Below, one piece after another: positions 59,401-64,000 of a DNA stretch of 64,000 bases. The position numbers were made by a program, and so were the translations under genes. The DNA is from Cercozoa sp. M6MM. Taxonomy: Eukaryota; Protista; Endomyxa: Ascetosporea. The stretch lies in NCBI GenBank assembly GCA_040357565.1, contig JBDODJ010000007.1. One strand, written 5' to 3'. The notes under the pieces were generated by a model. That model worked only from the letters and a program-made list of their open reading frames with translations, had not been told where the DNA came from and did not search any database. Within the stretch, counting starts at the first letter, position 1. Each line of letters opens with the position of its first letter.

Positions 59401-60320
59401 CCATCCTCCGCGTGGACGGACCGCACAGTGCTCCGACGCAGCACGTGCGCTCGTACAAGTCGGCGGTACTCCCCCTTGCTGCTTCTCTCCTCACATTGTA
59501 TTGACGCCATTCCACCCCTGCAGATGATCGTGGGCGCCGGTATCGGTGTTACGCCGCTCTGCTCAACACTCAAGTCGATCGTGCACTACACCTGGCCCTA
59601 CAGTATCGGCGAGGGCTACCCGCAGAACGCCACCTTTGTCTGGGTACCCTTTAGTCGCTGGTGTACCCACTGACTTGCGTTACTCCCTCGTGTGTTTGGT
59701 ACTCAGGTGTGCGCGCACCGTGACGTCGACAACTTCCGCTGGATGTGCCGCATCATCAAGGAGTGCGCCAACACGATTGCGTCGCTGCGGCAAAACTCGC
59801 CTGAGACCATGCGCAACAAGAACTTTGAGTTCCACGTCTACATCACGTCGCCGCCGCCGGACGCGCGCGACCCTAACCCTGTGGTATCCCGGTCTGTGCG
59901 CTTACACTTGCCTTCATAGTGTACACCCCTCGCGGTAGATCGACGATGACGTGGGCTTCTGGGGCCAGAAGCGCAAGCTTAAGGACGAGGAGCAGTTCCG
60001 CGTGTCGTGCGGCTGGGACGAGCTGGCTCTGTACAAGGCACTCAAGAACCCGGCGCGCTACGAGAGCGTCGGCGATATCCAGGTGCACAGCGGTCGTCCC
60101 AACTGGGATGTGCACTTCCAGGAGATGGCCAACCGTCACCGCGGCGAGAAGACCGCCGTCGCTTTCTGCGGCAACCCGATGATCGCTGCGGTATACCCTG
60201 CTCGGTCTGTTTGTACAGTACTCCGTCTACGCTTGTCTGCAGGACCTGGCCACCAAGTGCCACCAGTACAGCGACCAGGCCTCGGGCACCTACCTCACGC
60301 TGCACAAGGAGAACTTCTAG
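56454..60320 (+). CDS. NOX: NADPH oxidase fusion protein: SH3 + p22phox-like + gp91phox/NOX catalytic core
   Basis: SH3 (YRANYDFD..DGWLE..GLVPESYCE); p22phox-like segment (IWASNM..LLFE..VRALVYLLLAIP..GETFEP); heme-His helices FHKLCGVLIAIGAVGH and HHLFIAFYILLFIH; TG motif; HPFTISSAP; DGPHSAP; GAGIGVTP; GRPNW; FCGNP; terminal HKENF*. Confidence 0.93.
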
Positions 60321-60767
60321 CTAGCGTGCGCTGCACGTGTAAATGTACAGGTCGCACCGCGCTGCTGACGCATCGCATATATAACCCGAGTCGAGCTGTA
60401 GTCGAGTTTGTTTAAATTTCTTATCTGTGCGATCCGGACTTCCCTCGCCTGACTGGCGTGGAGCTACATCGAACCATCGCCGGCACGTTGACCGGACGAA
60501 TCGACGAATTTCCATGCAAGAGTTTCGTTTCTCCGTGCCGAGTGTCAGTTCCGGTCGACATCCTCTTAACGGCACACCATCAGATGGTGATGGCACCGCG
60601 TCGCTGACCGAACAGATCTCTGCAGGACTAAGTTCGGTTTCGTGTAAGTTGACCGATTACATATATCGATCAGAATCGGCGTGGACGTTGACTACTCACT
60701 CGAGCGTCACTCACATTAAAGTGACCGAATGATACACGGGTACGCAGCGCAGTGTTCAGCAGTAGTT

Positions 60768-61588
60768 TCATTCGGCAAGCAGCGGCGAGTGCGTGGTTTC
60801 GGCACATGTATTCAGCAGGGCCAGCTTGGTGTCGGCGGACACCTGCAGAGTTCGCACATACAAACATCCCTTACAGGAAGTGGCTGAGAAAACGAACTAC
60901 GCTTCATCCAATACCAAAGAGTCGACTTCCTCAGGTTGCATTTTCCTGCCGTTCACACAGTTTTAGAAGCAACAGACGGGAATAAATTCAATCACTGTCA
61001 AGAAAGGAAGCACAGATTGCAGTCGGCATAGTAACCGCCGTTAACCACTGAGAAACAGAGAATTCAAAGTCCTGTTGAATTGACAACTGTGCTGTACCCT
61101 CAGGAGCGAAGCAGCAGTAGACACCAGTCGCAGCTCCTTGTGGCACTGTTCTGCTCGCACGTAAAACACATGCCCAGTATTGGTGATTGCATATTGATAG
61201 ATGCTGGAGGTCAGAAGGTAAATTTATCAATACTTGAAAAACGGTCGCAGAACAGTCTTGGCCAAGGAGATTTTCGTTCGACTCATGTGCCGGCCTAGAT
61301 CGCTGCTCGGAATAACTCCTACGGGTCACAGACACATGGGTTACCTCTGGCACAGTTACACAGGGAGGAGTACCAGGGTGCAAAGAGACCGCCGTGACAC
61401 CTTCCAGTCTGCGTGAACAATCATTGCATCCTAGAGGTACAGTACATAATTTTTAAGCATACTTGGACAATGCGACGGCATGGAGTGCATTCGAAAGTTT
61501 GCTATCACCGTATCGTTCTTTCTGTAAAGGAGAGTGGTTTGGTGTGGGCGCAGTGTATAAAGTCAATGACAAATGTGCGTGTTTGCGC

Positions 61589-61645
<57 letters not shown>

Positions 61646-61753
61646 NNNNNNNNNNNNNNNNNNNNNNNNNNNNNNNNNNNNNNNNNNNNNNNNNNNNNNN
61701 NNNNNNNNNNNNNNNNNNNNNNNNNNNNNNNNNNNNNNNNNNNNNGTGTGTGT

Positions 61754-61810
<57 letters not shown>

Positions 61811-62931
61811 CTTCATTGTAGCTCTTCTCGGCGGCCACTAAAATTGTACATACAACAGCTAGGAGGCAAAACAAAAGGTGTGCTACAGTCATCGAGTCCC
61901 AGCGACGGCGTGGCCCACTTGTGCGCAACACTGCTGACATTGACGACGCGGCAGTTCTCGTTCGCTCGCAGCAACGGTAGCAGTTCGTTCGTCAACAACT
62001 GGAGGACATATATCATGTATAGTACATCCGTACTGTGTAGCGGTGGGAGCAAAGTCATTAAGCAAAACGCACGTAGTGGCCAAACACGTTCGTCCGCATT
62101 TGCATTTCGACTCCGTCAATCACGGTGCGGGGGCACATCATGACGCCTAAAATGACAGAATACAGGAGAGAGCGCCGATTCAGAGAGAACTGAAGAATAC
62201 AGTACCCGCATTGTTCAGCAGCACAGTGAACGGTTTCTCAAGCTGCAACGATCTCACTTGCTGCGCAGCCTGTTCGCGAGAAGCAACCCGCGTTGCATGC
62301 ACAATCAAAAACTGAAGAGCAAAACAACTGGAAAAAGATCGACCTCGCGGATCGAATCGAAGTCGTTGAGATCGCAGACCACAGTGTGCACCTGGCACAG
62401 GGATGATAAGGAGATACCAACGCATCAAATGCAACCGGTATGCGAGAGGAGTTAACTACCTGCACATCGTCGTTGAGAGCACTCGTTCTCACTTCTTTGG
62501 CGGCTGCGTCCTGTCTCAAGGCCAACATAATCGTTTCATCAGTACGACAGTGTGCATACAACTTGAAGTCAAGATAGCTACAGTTTATACCAGTGTGGTA
62601 GGGTTACGACCCATCATGATGACGCTGCCTCCGACTCTCGCAACGTGCAGCGCTGTGTGCTTGCCAAGCCCTGTGTTGGCGCCAGTGATGCACACCGTGC
62701 ATTCACCTTAAACATCGACGAAGGGTGAAGGTTGATGCACAGATTACATGTCTTGTAGTTTAATATCAGATGTACGGATGCGGTCGGCAAAGGTATCGGC
62801 CACCTCTGACGCCGTCGAGCCGCTTCCAAAACCTGAGCGCACGACAATATTTCGGCAAAAACTCTAAAGAAACACTGCAAGTTGGCTGCACCAGATGCAA
62901 GCTTGCGACCAAAGAGGTAATTTAAAGCCAT
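60768..62931 (-). CDS. Retinol-dehydrogenase/WWOX-type SDR
   Basis: CITGANTGLG, CDLNDFDSIR, LLNNAG, TNVFGHY, RVVNVSSVAH, RYGDSKLSN, SLHPG, GAATGVYC. The last exon and stop are uncertain. Confidence 0.85.
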
Positions 62932-63082
62932 TCTGGTGTTTCCTGTGCTCAAACTCCTAGTGTGGGATCTACTGATCACACTTTTCGATTTAAACCTGAG
63001 GTCAAAGGCTAGCGACCCAAGCCTGTTCACTTCCGAGGTATTGTTACTGTTTTCCAATAATCTAAAAGGCTGAAGCCCGAGG

Positions 63083-64000
63083 CTAGCCTTTGAGTTGGCC
63101 GTTAGACTCTTCTTTGACGTCGTGCTGTATCGGTACAGTCCAGCTCGAGAGTGGGTCATAAGAATCATGCATGACTCACGATGTACCTTTGGAGACAACG
63201 CGTGCAGATCGAACAGCATTCTTGCATCGCCTGTTGATAAACAATGCAGCCGATGGTGTCAAATCAACACAAGTAGAGCAGAAACTGTCGGTACCGCCTC
63301 CTTCTTGGCGTCGCTTTCGACGCGAGGCTCGACTCGGCCGGAGACGCGAGTATGAGCGCGGTGCAGCGACCTGGGCGGGACTACATGCCCTCAATTTAGC
63401 TATAACGACTCCAGACGGTCAAAATGGTACCTTTTGCTGCCCTGCGTGCTTGCAACGAGGCGCATCGGCATGGCACGGTGTGACGGTGTGTTGGGTGCTG
63501 TCGTTGATGCCAGTGCACCTGGCGGCAGTCCTACCAATATCCGCCATGTAAGTTTATTAATCCTGAGAAGCGAACACCTAGTCAGTTTATACCCTGCAAG
63601 TTGCCACTCGTGGGCGGTGTCGTCGTAATCTTGGCGGCGCCACTTGAGAGACGCGTCACACCCACACGGCGGTGTCCCTGTGTGCCGTACATTTACCGAG
63701 TAGTCAGGTCACCAGAGGATTGAGATACTTGCTGTGGGAAGAGGTGCGGTGCCGACGTATACCGCTGCAAGGCAGGCATACTGGAATTTTGCCCACTGTT
63801 ACGACGACTGTGCGACTGAGTCTGAGCTTATAACAACTTATACATTACAGGGCATACTGTCATACATAAAATTGTGAGAGGTGTTTGTACCCTAGAGCGA
63901 CGATCGCTCGTGTTGCTGCTGTCGCTGGTAGGGTTGTTGTTGCTGTTGCTAACTGGTGTCATGGCCAGCGTCAGATGCGACAACATATTCATCATGTGCT
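63083..64000 (-). CDS. 3' end of a Ser/Thr/Gln-rich low-complexity hypothetical protein (partial)
   Basis: Regular GTA..AG introns on the minus strand give an open frame ending MLFDLHALSPKHDVKEESNGQLKG*. Confidence 0.5.

Overview
Gene-dense, very intron-rich eukaryotic (protist-like) genomic DNA using the standard genetic code. Introns are GT-AG and mostly about 50-130 nt, so the supplied ORF track is largely fragments; I spliced the gene models by hand. Gene order: EME1-like (+, partial), glutamine synthetase type III (-), a PrdX/YbaK editing protein with a probable second degenerate domain (-), an Arf GTPase (-), PDS5 (+), a small-Tim-like protein (+), an SDR (+), RIO2 kinase (-), a WGR-like hypothetical (+), a 20-kb giant HECT E3 ligase (-), hyccin/FAM126-like (+), a DD3-3 family protein (-), a DSD1/D-threonine-aldolase family enzyme (-), an NADPH oxidase (+), an RDH-type SDR (-) and a partial low-complexity gene (-). 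The standout is the NADPH oxidase at 56454-60320. After splicing, one reading frame encodes SH3 domain + p22phox (CYBA)-like four-helix membrane unit + complete gp91phox/NOX core, i.e. a single-chain flavocytochrome b558 carrying its own SH3 module. A second theme is intron architecture in the two long GC-rich genes. Their introns are built from a few recurring motif families (sense-strand TTACCCC/CCCTA, GTGACCAC, GGACCGTCCATA, (GT)n), and related motifs appear as in-frame repeats in the middle of long exons, roughly in register with the ~200-bp intron spacing. All family assignments come from motif recognition, not database searches.
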